A stretch of 63,523 bases of DNA, filler included, from Welwitschia mirabilis (lineage: Eukaryota), in assembly GCA_051453625.1 (NCBI GenBank). It is 11 parts of one record of this genome, joined end to end, with 100 filler letters (N's around TTAATTAATTAA, not from the genome) between each part and the next. Parts side by side here need not be neighbours in the genome. Positions count along the whole stretch, not along the records: positions 12,584 to 14,346 come from JBOZIK010000001.1; positions 14,447 to 16,130 come from JBOZIK010000001.1; positions 16,231 to 38,043 come from JBOZIK010000001.1; 8 more parts are not named here. One strand, written 5' to 3'. The notes below the pieces were generated by a model. It searched no databases and had not been told where the DNA came from. It saw only the letters and a list, made by a program, of their open reading frames with translations. Every line of letters starts with the position of its first letter. The stretch's first letter is position 1. The translations under genes and the position numbers were made by a program. Positions 12,584 through 26,637 of the stretch are shown here, one piece after another.

Positions 12584-13079
12584 AAACTAGGATACTTTAA
12601 CTACTCTAAAGTACCTTTAGAATCTACCTATGTCTCTTATGTCCTTTTTAGAGGCCTTTGTATACTTCTGAATTACATCAAGAAGGCTAAAAGATAATTA
12701 TTTTGAAAGTTAGAAGAGTAATAACCTTACATATTTTATCATGGAATAAATTAAATAGAGATAACTTATTAGAGGTTGAGCTTTTAGCTAGGAATCTTTT
12801 AGTTTTAAATATGGATCTGATCAACAATTTGGTTGATTAGCTTTATAATATTATTAAACCATGGATTAAATCATGAAACAAAAATACTTATATAATGATA
12901 TAAAGTTTATATAATATTTTAAAATTATTCATGAATCCATCATGTAAAGAGATTTTGGAAAAAATTAAGAATTGATACTTGAACATTATGAGGAGAAGAC
13001 AAGAAAATGTGTAGTGAAAGAATCTTATGTTACTATACATACACCTCAAAAAATATTTTCTAAAAACTTTCTAAGTGGT

Positions 13080-13480
13080 ATTTACTCCCTAACAATTGCA
13101 TTTTTATTTGTAAAGTCCTATTAAAGAAGCTACCCACAAAATCCTATTTAGAATAAAGGAGAATAATGATTCTTAGTGTATGTACCTTTTCTAATAACCA
13201 TGAAACAACTGATTATATTTTTCTTGATTACACTTATATCAATAAAGTTTATGAAATAATGGATATTCTTACATGTTTTGAACTTTAAGAAACATAATTT
13301 ATAATGTGCTTGAAAGGTGAAAAGTAAATAGTAATGATGAAAAATAATTCTCTTCGTGGAGACATCTACTCATAAACTTATGGGATGAGATTTAGAGGGA
13401 ACAGAATTAAAGGAGTTTTTAAAGAAAAATAAAATTGAAATAGCTCATTAGTCTCTCATCCTTTGGGAATGTAAAAATCT
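13080..13480 (+). mobile_element. Possible very old retroelement integrase remnant
   Basis: ELKEFLKKNKIEIAH*S at ~13405-13455 resembles EFxxFLxxxGIxHxxS of integrase cores. Other motifs are barely recognisable. Confidence 0.25.
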
Positions 13481-14346
13481 AGTAAGTATTTAGTTAGAAG
13501 TTTTAGCCTCTAGTATATTTGGGTATCTCCTTTTACTAATGCATGAAACTAAATTAAACAATAGTGATAGTGATAAATTTCATATTGTAGCACAAATTGA
13601 GATAGAACAAAAGAAATAGTAGGAAATTATAGCTATTCTAATTTCAAACGTTAAAACAATAGTATGACTCATCTATCTACCTTTTCTTGGGACTTCTCTT
13701 TTCATTCTATTAATTTGATGCTTTAATCTATTTAGTTTGTTATCTTTATAAACTTATTTCGTGTTATGAAGATGTTGTAGTTTAATGAAAAAGGAGTTTT
13801 TATTTTCTCATCAAAACAAAAAGTCTAAATTTCTTCCTAATGCATATAACTTAAATATACAATTTGAGCTTATGACTTGGGATAATTTATTATTTTTAAA
13901 TTTCTTTAGGTTTTTATTTTTTTACTAAAAAAAGTGTGAATTTATTCCTACTGCATGCTACTTCAAATATCCATTTTGAGTCTGTAACTTGGGATACTAT
14001 ATTCTTTTTAACATTATTTTAATTTAATTATTCATTAAGGGTTACCTCTAAATTTAACTCTTTAATATATTACATGAAAGATTTCATATGTAATGAAATT
14101 AGAGTTAAATATAATTACTAATTAATTATGGACTTTCAAATAATGATGAATAGTAAAAATTACTAATTATAATATAAAAAGTTAAAAATAAGCAGAATAC
14201 ATGGGCATGAGTTCACCATCTTAAGGATGAATCATAAGTAATATTTTAACATGTCTAGATCAGTATGAGTTACTCATGATTTTCATTTAATCAAGAAGAG
14301 TAACAATCCTAGTGAATGGTTTTCCATAAAATTAACTTCTTCATAT

Positions 14347-14446
14347 NNNNNNNNNNNNNNNNNNNNNNNNNNNNNNNNNNNNNNNNNNNNTTAATTAATT
14401 AANNNNNNNNNNNNNNNNNNNNNNNNNNNNNNNNNNNNNNNNNNNN
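14347..14446. other. Artificial scaffold linker
   Basis: 44 N + TTAATTAATTAA + 44 N. Confidence 0.97.
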
Positions 14447-15425
14447 AATGAGTTTTGAATGTTATAATAGACATACATTTAAACACACGCTTGGAATATA
14501 AGCATTGTAATAAATAAATCTCATGAAAAATTCAAAATGTAATATCATTTTGCAACATTGAAAAGCCAATTGCTAAATAAAATAAAATTTTATGAAATGA
14601 CTATTTAATGCTGGAATTAAGAGGAAACTATTATACATTAAATAAAATTTGCTAATAGTTTTTAAGAATATCAACTATATTATAAATTACATGAATAGGA
14701 AAGTAAAACCTAAAGTCAAACAATATTAAGAAGACAGCTATAGGTTGCCTTTTTTATTCTGGACTTTATCTATTTGGAGCACTGCAGCAATTTGGAATTT
14801 GAGAAATGTAGACTTTAGAATTGGAGATGGAGGAGTCTTTCATAAGAATCTACCACTGCTTATAAGCTTTTTTACACAATGGATCTGAAACTTAATTCTA
14901 AACAAAATCCTTTAATTCTTCTTTTCTCAGAAAGGAAGATGCACTGGAGGTTCTTAAAGTAGACAATCTTATTGCAACTTCAATGTAAAGAATAAGGCAT
15001 AAAAAATGGACATCACAAGATTAAACTTGACTAGAATTATAGCATTTCTTATAATTTAATTTATTAAGATAAAATCCTCTAGATTAAAGTTGGAATTTAT
15101 GAGTGAAAAATATTTTAGATGTTAGTTGTAGAGACTTTAAACTACAAACACCACCACTTGCAATTCTTATTCAAATGTTCTATCACATTTTATATAATAG
15201 CTTTAGAATTGGACAAGCTCAAGATTTTACTTCTTCAAGAAGAAAACTGCACAAGAGTAGGACTAAANNNNNNNNNNNNNNNNNNNNNNNNNNNNCCCTA
15301 GTGTATAAGAATAAAGAAACCCAGGAAGAGAAATGAGATCTGACAGGAAAAGGAGAATTTTTTAATGCAACTTGGCATTTCTTTGAAAAAGATTTAAATA
15401 AGGTTACAACAACAACTAATTTTGT
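14447..15425. repeat. Unclassified ~1.1 kb dispersed repeat, copy A
   Basis: Colinear with 25460-26537 and 26638-27725 (shared ttaagaatatcaactatatta, aaggcataaaaaatgga, ttttagatgttagttg). Confidence 0.9.
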
Positions 15426-16130
15426 ATCACATCCATATTTTTACTTTTCTTATAAAATTTGCAAAATTTATGTTTAATAAAATGTTTAAAAAATATTGAA
15501 TTATTTTAAACCTTTAATTAATATAAATATTATGTTTTTAAGATGTTGTCATATTAANNNNNNNNNNNNNNNNNNNNNNNNNNNNNTATTGTATATAATC
15601 TTCAAATATTCTTGTAGTGGTAATGATTTATTTCACTTATTTTTGCACTTCTTAGAAATTATGCATGATTAAATGTAAATTGTAAAGGCTTGATATTTAT
15701 TACCCTCATTATTATGATTAAATGTAAAGCATTATTTCTATATTATTAAAGCACTTGATGGTCAGACAAGCCTTTATGAGATGTTATGAAGTCCCTCTAC
15801 TATTAGCTTATGTTATGTCCTTTCGTATTTTTAAGTCTTATCACCTTACCCCTATTCTTTCTCTTTAAATAGAGTTCTTCCTCCCTAAAATTTTAGATCT
15901 TAGAAGATCTAGAAGCTTTGAAAACTTGGAAGATCTTCAAAGATCTTGAACATGTACAGGTATGTTTCTATTCTTCCTTGTTTCTTTATTGGTTCTTTCT
16001 TTATATGCATTCCATTAATGAGACTATTATTTTTATGTTCTTGTGAAACAAATGTTAAATCATGTGGTGCTTGATAAAGATAAATTCAATTTAATTTCAA
16101 GTCTTGTCTCTCTCCACCTTTTGTGCTTAA

Positions 16131-16230
16131 NNNNNNNNNNNNNNNNNNNNNNNNNNNNNNNNNNNNNNNNNNNNTTAATTAATTAANNNNNNNNNNNNNN
16201 NNNNNNNNNNNNNNNNNNNNNNNNNNNNNN
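16131..16230. other. Artificial scaffold linker
   Basis: 44 N + TTAATTAATTAA + 44 N. Confidence 0.97.
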
Positions 16231-18108
16231 TATTTTGAGAAAGTATTTATTCCCCAAAAAAATTAAAGAAAAAGAATAATGATCATAATCTATTATTTTT
16301 GTGCTAAATACATGGTCACCATGATGTCCTACTATACTTGGATAAATTTCCCCAAAAAGGACCTTTGGTAGTATTGGTAGCTATGGGAACTCCACTGGGG
16401 GATCAATTGACCATGTTCTGTGAGTTCCTACTTCTTTAAATATGGTTACACTCCCCTCATCATGGATTAAAATAAAATACTTTGATGCTATGAGATCAGT
16501 GGTATTCCTAGTATTATCAGAGGCATTGATTATTTCCTAGATTTATTTTATTTATGGTATTCCCACATGGTAATTTTACTTTTGAGGATTTGGATTCATT
16601 TTGGAGTGTTAGTCAGTGAGTTTATTTCTATTAGCTTTTGATCTTATCATTCATTATTTGAAAACACTAGTTACTTAGCATGGTCATAATCATTACCTAT
16701 TTGAGTGATGCTTTATGGAGTTTTTGCATTATGTCATGTATTCTTCATCCAGTGATTTTATGATTTATTCCATGAGGGTCTGATAGGTTTGAATTTAGGG
16801 TAAGTACATAATCTTATTTATGTTCCTAAGTTATCCATTTTTATTTTGTTTTTCTTAGTCATTTTTTTGGGTATTTTAAAGTAATTTCTATACTTTTTCA
16901 TCACAAATGCTTAGGACTTAATCATTTAAAAGTTCTATAGTTAATTTTTANNNNNNNNNNNNNNNNNNNNNNNNNNNNNNNNNNNNNNNNNNNNNNNNNN
17001 NNNNNNNNNNNNNNNNNNNNNNNNNNNNNNNNNNNNNNNNNNNNNNNNNNTAGTCATTTTTTTGGGTAATTTAAAGTAATTTCTATACTTTTTCATCACA
17101 AATGCTTAGGACTTAATCATTTAAAAGTTCTATAGTTAATTTTTATTTTGCTTTTGTAATTTTGATTTCTATAAAGTAAATTTTCTTTTTGAAATAAATT
17201 TTCTTTAATTTATGATACTAATTTTCCCTTTTTTTTGAGTACTAGTTTTTTAATTTTCTGCTTGAGTTTCAACGCATGTAGTACTATTNNNNNNNNNNNN
17301 NNNNNNNNNNNNNNNNNNNNNNNNNNNNNNNNNNNNNNNNNNNNNNNNNNNNNNNNNNNNNNNNNNNNNNNNNNNNNNNNNNNNNNNNACTATTTTTCAA
17401 TGATTGTGAGTTCATAACACATTTATCTCCCTTAGCTTGGTGCATTCACCTCCTTATTATGCCTCATTTCTTATAATTATAATCCATTTCCCATATTTCA
17501 AGCTCTTTTGTATCTTTTTAAAACCTACTTAATGCTATCTGAGCTTAACTAATTTTGCTAGTCATCCAAATTCTTTGATCTTTTTGAAAGATGCTATCAT
17601 CCTCTATGTCATCCACATGACAAGGTTGATGACAAATAGATATTTTTGAAAAATCATCGTTTTCATGTTTCATATTTTTTAAACTAAATCTAACCCTTCT
17701 TTGCATGCACAGAAAACTATTCCTAGCTTATCTATATTGCTTGCTTATACTTAAACTTGCATATTAATCTTTTTGATCTTAACTTAATGCAATATGGGAC
17801 ATATTTATTCATCTGTGAGGGGAGGTGGGACATATATTTTTAGATATTTTGAGCAAATTTTAAACTTTTTAGGATTATTTTTACATGTTCATGAANNNNN
17901 NNNNNGCTAATCCAATTCTACATGCCTACTATTTGAGTGATATACATTATGGATATTATTTATTAAATCATGTACTTCATAGAAAAATACTTATGTTATG
18001 GTTTCCTTGCAAGAATGATCAAGTAATCCGTGAGACTATAGATGAAGAGAATAATGTTATGAATGATTATTTTTTATATGTTTCCCTTGTAGATTGTGCT
18101 TATAAACT

Positions 18109-21100
18109 TGTTGCAGTGTGAATTTACGCAATCTTGAAGCTCTTTAGGTAAACCTGTAATCAAATAACTTGTAGCAAAACACACAGTAGTATNNNNNNNN
18201 NNNNNNNNNNNNNNNNNNNNNNNNNNNNNNNNNNNNNNNNNNNNNNNNNNNNNNNNNNNNNNNNNNNNNNNNNNNNNNNNNNNNNNNNNNNNNNNNNGAA
18301 GGTAAATAATAAATAAAATAAAATGCAAAATAAATGAAGATGAAACACAAGTAAATGAAAATGGAAACGAGATTCTACTTAGATCCTAATCCTTCTATTA
18401 CAAGGACTAGCCTATAGCCTTTCTGTCACAAAGACTATCTTTTCTATAATTCATATCAATTAAGAAGAGTATTTAACTAGTTCTTAACCAACATAAACTA
18501 TAAGATTTACCAAGTAAAACATGAAATGCAATATGGAATGAAATGGACATACANNNNNNNNNNNNNNNNNNNNNNNNNNNNNNNNNNNNNNNNNNNNNNN
18601 NNNNNNNNNNNNNNNNNNNNNNNNNNNNNNNNNNNNNNNNNNNNNNNNNNNNNNNNNNNNNNNNNNNNNNNNNNNNNNNNNNNNNNNNNNNNNNNNNNNN
18701 NNNNNNNNNNNNNNNNNNNNNNNNNNNNNNNNNNNNNNNNNNNNNNNNNNNNNNNNNNNNNNNNNNNNNNNNNNNNNNNNNNNNNNNNNNNNNNNNNNNN
18801 NNNNNNNNNNNNNNNNNNNNNNNNNNNNNNNNNNNNNNNNNNNNNNNNNNNNNNNNNNNNNNNNNNNNNNNNNNNNNNNNNNNNNNNNNNNNNNNNNNNN
18901 NNNNNNNNNNNNNNNNNNNNNNNNNNNNNNNNNNNNNNNNNNNNNNNNNNNNNNNNNNNNNNNNNNNNNNNNNNNNNNNNNNNNNNNNNNNNNNNNNNNN
19001 NNNNNNNNNNNNNNNNNNNNNNNNNNNNNNNNNNNNNNNNNNNNNNNNNNNNNNNNTGCTTCTGTGGGTTGCCTGCACATGTTACTAATGTTGTTGTCCT
19101 ACCGGTCATCCACATGATAGAGGAGACGATGCATTGGGTTGTGTGCCTATGTGCTATTATCAGCCCCATGGGTTGTACTCACATCCGTCGTCTTGAATGT
19201 CTTCTAGATAACCTAGGGAAGTTTGCCTTATTATCATGTTCTACTATCCAAGTGTTGCCCATGTGCTATTCCTGTGTAGCTGTCGTCCCCTCTGTTGTGG
19301 GGAAGACAGTGGGGATGAAACTCTTCCCAAGCTCATCAAGTAGAATAAATTAGACTTATTCNNNNNNNNNNNNNNNNNNNNNNNNNNNNNNNNNNNNNNN
19401 NNNNNNNNNNNNNNNNNNNNNNNNNNNNNNNNNNNNNNNNNNNNNNNNNNNNNNNNNNNNNATTTACATACAAGTGTTGTGTGTACCTGAATTTTTATTT
19501 GAAGTTAAATAATTCTTGATGTTTCTATTAATCTAGTTCCTTGTTGGATGATAGTTCGTTTTTTGCCTAGAATTCCTTATATCCCTGCATGTACAAACAG
19601 TAAACAAAAATCAAAATCAAATGCAATGGACTCTCATCCAACTTATCATGGGGACGACAGGTACGACGACAATCAAAGAAAGATTAAAGTCTAAAAATAA
19701 CAGAACTCTAGAAAATTAAAAAGAAAATTACTGAAACTAAGATTGTCATCCACCTTGTCGTGTGAATAATGGATAGGATGACAGTAAACTCTAAATAGAA
19801 GAAAAATTGCGAAAATAGAAACTAAATTTGAAATTTCAGAATTGTCATGTCCTATGTCATTTAGACGATAAAGAGCATGACAAGGTTCCTAAAAGTTACA
19901 GAAAACAAAATTTTGCAGAAATAAATCTACCCTAAATTACACTAAAAATATATCATTAATTCAAATAAATAACTTGAACAAAAAGGTTTAAGGTACTTAC
20001 CTAGTTAATGATAATCTTGTTAGCTTCTTGTGGCCTTCTCCAACAATGGTGCTAAAATGTTGTAGTGAGAATTTATGCAATCTTGAAGTCCTTATATAAC
20101 TTGTAAATCATATAAACTAAAAAAAGACACATGCTAGTATAGACAGGAATTCACTCGAATGTCGTAATCCTAATGAAGGCACTAGGCTTAAAGTTAGAGA
20201 ATTGATTTTTAAAGATATTTTTTAGTATTTAATCTTTTACTTAATTGAAAGTAAATAGTAAAGTAAATGCAATGTAAAATAAAAATGAAATGCAAGTAAA
20301 TGGAAATGGAAAAGAGATGATATTCTACTTAAATCCTAATCCTTTTATCCCAAGGATTGGCTTCTAGCCTTTCTGTCATAAAGACTATTTTCTTTATAAT
20401 TCATATCAATTAAGAAGAGGATTTAACTAACTCATAACCAACATAACTATAAGATCTACCAAGTAGAATATGCAATATGCAATATGAAATAAAATAGAAA
20501 TGCAATGAAAACCTACTACTAATCAAGGTCAACCTTAATAAAGATTACCCTTATAATCTAAATAAATCACAGAACTGTCACTTAACTATGATCAACTTAA
20601 AGCATAAGGGAAATTTATAGAATTAGAATGAAAAGAGCATTTATATTAATCAAAGGAATTTTACATCCACTTACAATAGAATAACAACTCCTTAATGGAA
20701 GAGACATAGCCTAACAATAAGGAAACCCCTTTCTACAGCCATGGAATGGACCTCCTACCTTCAAGCTTCTGTCACAAGCATATTAAGTATAAAAGATGGT
20801 TGGAAGTAAAAGAGGGAAGGGGTATTTATAGTTTTTATAATGAACCATAATGCTAGACGTCTGTTAAGGAAAATCTAGTCATCTACATGAGTCACTTAAC
20901 CCCATTTACAATAGTATTTATTATGGATATGTAAAATTAGTTGGCATCATGTTCGTCATCCACACGATAGTGGGGACACCGTTGTATTCTTGCCTTGGGT
21001 TGTATACCCATATGACACCGTTAGCTCTATGGGTTGCTTATGCATGTTACCGAGGTTGTCGTCCTATTGGTTATCCACATGACATAGGGGACAACACCTT

Positions 21101-21533
21101 GGATTGTGTGCTTATGTGCTGTAGTCAGCTACATGTGTTGTCCTCACATCCATCATCCTTTATATCATCTAGATGACCAAGGGGACTATGCCCTACCATC
21201 ATGTGCTACTGTTCAAGTGTTGCACATGAGCCATTCCTGTGTAGTTGTCTTTATGAGCTGTTGTGCCCTCTGTCATGGGGACGATAGTGGAGATGACACT
21301 TTTTCCAAGCTTCTCAAGTAGCATAAATTGGTATTCTTTACCTTTAGTCCTCCTTTGTTATAATAAGTATTAGATCATACCTGAAATACCTCTAATTATG
21401 CTAAGAATTACATGTTTTCATGATTATCTTGTCATCTCTCCATAATCAGTAGAATTACATCTAAACCTATATAAATGTCCTATAAAAGTACTCCAAATAC
21501 ACCATCAAATTCTTACAAATTGGCATTGTAACA
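18109..21533 (-). mobile_element. Nested Athila-type element with two LTRs and 5-bp TSD AAACT
   Basis: AAACT at 18104-18108, then TGTTG...TAACA, then AAACT at 21534-21538. LTRs are 18109-~19361(gap) and 20058-21533. Degenerate tRNA-Asp PBS at 20037-20054 (minus TAGCACCATTGTTGGAGA). Confidence 0.85.
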
Positions 21534-21982
21534 AAACTCAATATTTGATTTATGAATATTCTTGCATGTCATTTAACTAAGTTATTATGGTCATATATTT
21601 TGATGATTATTTTTTTTATGACATCTAATTTTTATTTTTTTTGATGTGCTAAATGTTTTAAGTGGAGGGCTAATGCATAGGTAACTATTTTGAGCTTATT
21701 TTCTAATGAGCATTATTAAAGGCAATCAATTTTACAAATTGATCTTTAAGTGTTTGTCATCCCTATAATCATCCAGATGATACTCTGGATGACACCAAGA
21801 TCATTTCATCTTCCAAGGTAAAACATTTTAGTTTATTTAATTTTGAGATTTACTCCTACATACTAAGATTTATGAACTTGAGTTACGTATCCATAGATAG
21901 TGTTTTATCTTAGACAATTTGACTTATAATTATAATCACTCACCAACTTTATTAGAAACTGACAAGGCTAAGTGGGGTGCTC

Positions 21983-23200
21983 TGTTGCAATTCCAAATTA
22001 TGTGTTTTTGATGGGGTATTTTGAGTAGTTTTATAGGATATTTAGAAAATTTTAAGTATAAAAAGATGATTATTGAGAGTTAAGGAGAGAATCACGAAAA
22101 TGCAAAAATACCAGTACTTTTGAAGGCATTTTGGATCAATTCTGATACTTAACATTTTGAGGAATAATTAATGATCTTCAAGGTTAATTTAATTTAATAA
22201 AGAGCTTCAAGAAAGTTATTATCCCTACCATTGTCCAAATGACATACCAAGATAACATCACTTGCATGATGACTAGAATGCCACCTAGACTAACATAAAG
22301 GATAAAACCAGAACTCTATTGATATGGCATCATCCCTACCATCGTCTGGATGAAAATTTAGATGATTATCTAATTTTAGCAAATGTACCAAACTCCACCA
22401 AACTTCTATAATGTATCATGCACTTTTTTGCATGGTTGTTAGGGTGTTTTCCATATGTATTAGTCTTGTTTTTTTGTGAGTTAATCTTTCTTAATAAATA
22501 CTGAATTAATTCTTGACTTGAATCATTTTCTTTTACATTGAAAATTCTCATGATAGAAGATCGAAGGGCCAGAAGTCCATCTAATAGTTGTAGAGAGGGA
22601 TCTTCCTTAGTATTGAACTATGTCTCCTTTATTAAGGTGATGCTACTTTGTAACAAGATATTGGTTCAAATTTTAATGAAAATCTTCTTTAGTTTTTATG
22701 TACATCTTCCTTATGGTTTATGTTGCTTCTAATTCCGTAATAGCTTCCTTAGTGATATAGATCATGAGGGCAACCTTTGTTAAGTATGAAATCATTAGTT
22801 AAAATCTTGCATTGCATTTTATATTTCATTGCACTTTTTCATATTCTATTTGATGAACTTAATAGCTTAGATTAATTTTGGTTAGTAATAGTTTCCTTAA
22901 TTAATCTTGGTTATGCAGGGTTAATCTTAGTGATAAAGATTCGTTAGCTGGATAGATATTACATTTAAGATAGTTGCATTTGCATTTGCATTATGTGCTT
23001 ATTTTTCTTGCATTATTGATTTTCATTCTTGAACATTTATTTTGTGAAAAGCAATTCTCTAGCTTTGAGCCTAGTGCCTTCAATGGATTATGATATTTAG
23101 GTTAACTCTCATTTATATTAGTGTGTTGTGTTTGTATGAATATTTGTGATTAACAGGATTCTACTAAGGACATAACATTACATAAATAAATACTACAATA
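21983..23200 (+). repeat. Athila-type 3' LTR
   Basis: Follows the PPT and has no PBS after it. Homologous to the other Athila LTRs in the window. Confidence 0.8.
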
Positions 23201-25250
23201 GGATGCAATGATTAAAATGTCTCATAACCATGTGATCTTAAAGGTAGTTTTTAGTATTGATTACTTTAGCCTAAAGGACTTATCAAGAGTTATTTGAAGT
23301 AGCATGGTTCTTACTATATCCACCAAAGAGTGATTCTTTCTTTCTGTAAATCCATTTTATTATGAAGTGCAAGAAGTTGTGGTATGATGGATAATTTTAT
23401 TATCTTTCAAAAAATCATGGAATTCATTAAATAGTTATTCATGTTTATAATCTATTCTTAAGCATTTAAATTTTACACTTGTTTCTCTTTCTACTCATCT
23501 TTGAAAAACTTTAAAAGCTTGTAGGCTCAAGATTTATATTTTAAAATATGAACAAATGTAATAAAATACTTATAATCACTTAAGGTTGAAGAGCTAAATG
23601 AACATCAGAGGTTTGAATGAGTTAATGATAGCTCTGGGATGATCTGGTGCTAACTCTTGGAAAAGAGACTTTGGCTTGCTTACCTTACATACATTTCCTA
23701 CAAGAATCTATAAGCTGGATTTGAAGATTAGATAAGTGACTTAGAAGGTTACATTAAATCATTTCTTTCATGTGTTTTAAAGATATGTGACCTAATTTCC
23801 TATGCCATGTTAAGAATTCATCTCTGCTAGAAAATAGGGCTTTCTCAAAGGTGATTTAATACAAGTTGTTTTTAATTTTGAAAACATCAAAAACTTTTTT
23901 ACCCTTAGATAAAATACACTTATCATTTTTGAATTCAGCCTTAAATCCATTTCCAATCAGCTACCTTAAACTTATAAGATTGTAATGTGCGTTTGAAAAA
24001 TAAAAGACATCATGAATTTCAAAATTATCATCTTTATGATTTTTGATCAGTGGAGTACCATGTCCCTTGATTTCTTAAGATGCATCATCACCAAACCTAA
24101 TAGCATCAAGATATTTAACAATAAACTCTTTAAAAGGTTTTTTTTGATAGGTAATATTCTTGGAAAAACCACTTTCAAGGTAGCGAGAGGTTAATTTGCT
24201 AGAGGAGAAGATTAGATTTAAGTGGGTTTTTGTCATAAATCCTTCTACTTCAACCTCATCTTCTTGATTAGTTTCTATATTTTCTTTAATTTTAAGTTTC
24301 TCAAAGGATGATGCTTATTCTGCTATGTTGGCTCTATGAAAATGACTTATCCTTTTCTTCTTACAATCTTTAATGAGATGTCCTCTTTTGTGGTAATAGT
24401 GGAATTCTTGAGTTTCTTTCCACTAGGATAACTCATACTAGAAGTTTACTCTAACACTTCGTTGTCCTCTACCTTTCTCTTATCCTTGCTTTTTTCCTTG
24501 GCCTCCACCTCTTCCTCTAGAGAAAGCTCTACCTCTACTAAGATAGCACATTTTTAAGGTAGTAGGATTCTCATCGTCACCTGTCTTAAGGGCATACTCA
24601 TATTATGCAAGCCTTCCATAGAGTCCTTCAAGGAAGTGATCCTTAAATATAATACATTATGAAGGGTAATGGCAATGGGTTTAAATGGATTTATCAAGGA
24701 TCTTAGAATCTTGAGAACAACATCATTGCTCTTGATTTTGAAATCTAAGTCTTACCTTTTCTTAACTATATTCTTAAATATCTAGATGTAGTCTTTCATG
24801 TTCTCATTATCTTTCATCTTTATGTTATCAAATTGGGTTTTAAAGTTTTTTGATCTAATGACTTTCATATTTTAATTACCTTGATAGACCTCATGTAATC
24901 CTTTTCATAACCTATACGTGTAGTTAAATTTACTAATTTTCTTAAATTCATTCTTAGACATCCTAAAATGAATTATTGTCATTACCCTGCAATCTTCGTT
25001 TTTACATTCTTAGTAGTTTCTAGAATCATTCTTAGACTTTGCATAAGTAAAATCAACTTTTATGTAATTCTAAGGTCCCTTTAATTTGAGGTAGATTTGT
25101 AACCCCAAGGTCCCTTTAATTTGAGGTGGATTTTTATTCTCCTTTTCTAGACCTCAAACACATCAATATCAAACTCAAAGACTTTGCTCTTATCCATGTT
25201 TTAAGATAGTAATCTAGAAATTAAAATAGGAACAAATTAGAATTTAGATA
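23201..25250 (-). mobile_element. Degenerate Ty1/copia gag-protease-integrase, truncated at the Athila LTR
   Basis: Minus strand: LKTQFDNIKMKDNENMKDY and VVLKILRSL (UBN2-type gag), decayed zinc knuckle HYYHKRGHLIKDC, RFGDDAS*EIKGHG, TWHRKLGHISL, GKQAKVSF, YFITFV, LVDIVRTML. Confidence 0.85.
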
Positions 25251-25459
25251 AGAAGGGGCTTTGTAAAAAGTCAAATTTGTAAAGTACACAATAATAATTA
25301 ACAGGATCCAAGATTCATCAAGAGTAAATTTATAAATAAAATCAAGATCTAGTGTAAACAAAAATAGGCTAGCTCTAATATTAGTTGAAGTTTTATGCCT
25401 ATATTCAAAATATTTTGTAAACTTAATCAATACTAAAAATTATATGTTAAGATTATAAT

Positions 25460-26537
25460 TATCCATGAATCAAGTTAAAATAATATATTAGATATAAATA
25501 ATTTATTATTGAACATAAGTGATCTACTAAAAATCAATAAAGTTTTAGCGAAGCTATTATACTATTATGAACAAATGAGTTTTAAATGTCATAATAAACA
25601 CACATTTAAACACACAGTTGGAATGTAAGCATTATAATAAACAGATGTCATGCAAAATTCACAATGTAATATCATTTTCCAAAATTAGAAATTCAATTAC
25701 TCCTTAAAAATAGAATTTTATGAAAGTGACTATTTAATGCATGAATTGAAAGGAAATTATTGTAATTCAAATAAAATTTACTAATAATTTCTAAGAATAT
25801 CAACTATATTACAAATTAGATGAATAGGAAAGTAAAATATAAACTTAAACAATATCAAAAGGATAGATTTTGGCTACCTTTACAATTTTAGACTTTATGT
25901 CTTTGGAGCACTACAATAATTTAGAATTTAAGAAATGCAAAATTTAAAATCAGAGATGGAGGAGTCTTTCACAGAAATACACCACTACTTATGGCTTTTT
26001 TCACATAATGGATTTGAAGCTTAACTCTGAACAAAACCATTCAAGTCTTCTTTTCTTAGAAAGAAAGATGTACTTAAGGTCCTTAAAGTAGATAATCTTC
26101 TTACAACTTCAATGTGAAGAACAAGGCATAAAAAATGGATACCACAAGATCAAACTTGACTAAAATTGTAGCATTTCTTATAATGTAATGTGCTGAGATA
26201 AAATTCCATAGATTAAAGCTAGAATTCCTAAGTGAAAAACATTTTAGATGTTAGTTGCAGAGACTCTAAAATAGAACCACCACCACTTACAATTCTTTTT
26301 TAGACATTCTTCTGCGTTTTATTTAATGGCTTTTGAATTGAACAAGGTTAGGATTTTTTCTTCTTCAAGAAGAAAACCACATAGTAGTTGGGCTAGATGT
26401 TGAGATCAATACCTCAATTACCAATCCCCTGTGTATAAAGAAAACAGGAATCTATGAAGAGAAATGTGATCTAATAGGAAAAGGAGATTTTTTTTTTTAA
26501 ATGCAAATTGCCATTTCTTTGAGAGATACTTAAATAA
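25460..26537. repeat. Unclassified ~1.1 kb repeat, copy B
   Basis: Colinear with copies A and C. Confidence 0.9.
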
Positions 26538-26637
26538 NNNNNNNNNNNNNNNNNNNNNNNNNNNNNNNNNNNNNNNNNNNNNNNNNNNNNNNNNNNNNNN
26601 NNNNNNNNNNNNNNNNNNNNNNNNNNNNNNNNNNNNN

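Larger units (their letters stand above)
16231..23200 (+). mobile_element. 3' part of an Athila-type Ty3/gypsy element (3' non-coding region, PPT, 3' LTR), interrupted by a nested element
   Basis: PPT region GACAAGGCTAAGTGGGGTGCTC at 21961-21982, then an LTR from TGTTGCAA (21983) to ...TACTACAATA (23200). It is the reverse-complement homologue of the LTRs at 45351-46450 and 55889-57084. Confidence 0.7.

Noticed and set aside
25071-25135. Two-copy ~35-bp duplication in the copia gag
   Set aside because: Ordinary local slippage in a dead element.
25951-25975. RWRSL as an F-box motif in the 1.1 kb repeat
   Set aside because: No upstream LPxDxLxEIL pattern, and it is not conserved in copy C.
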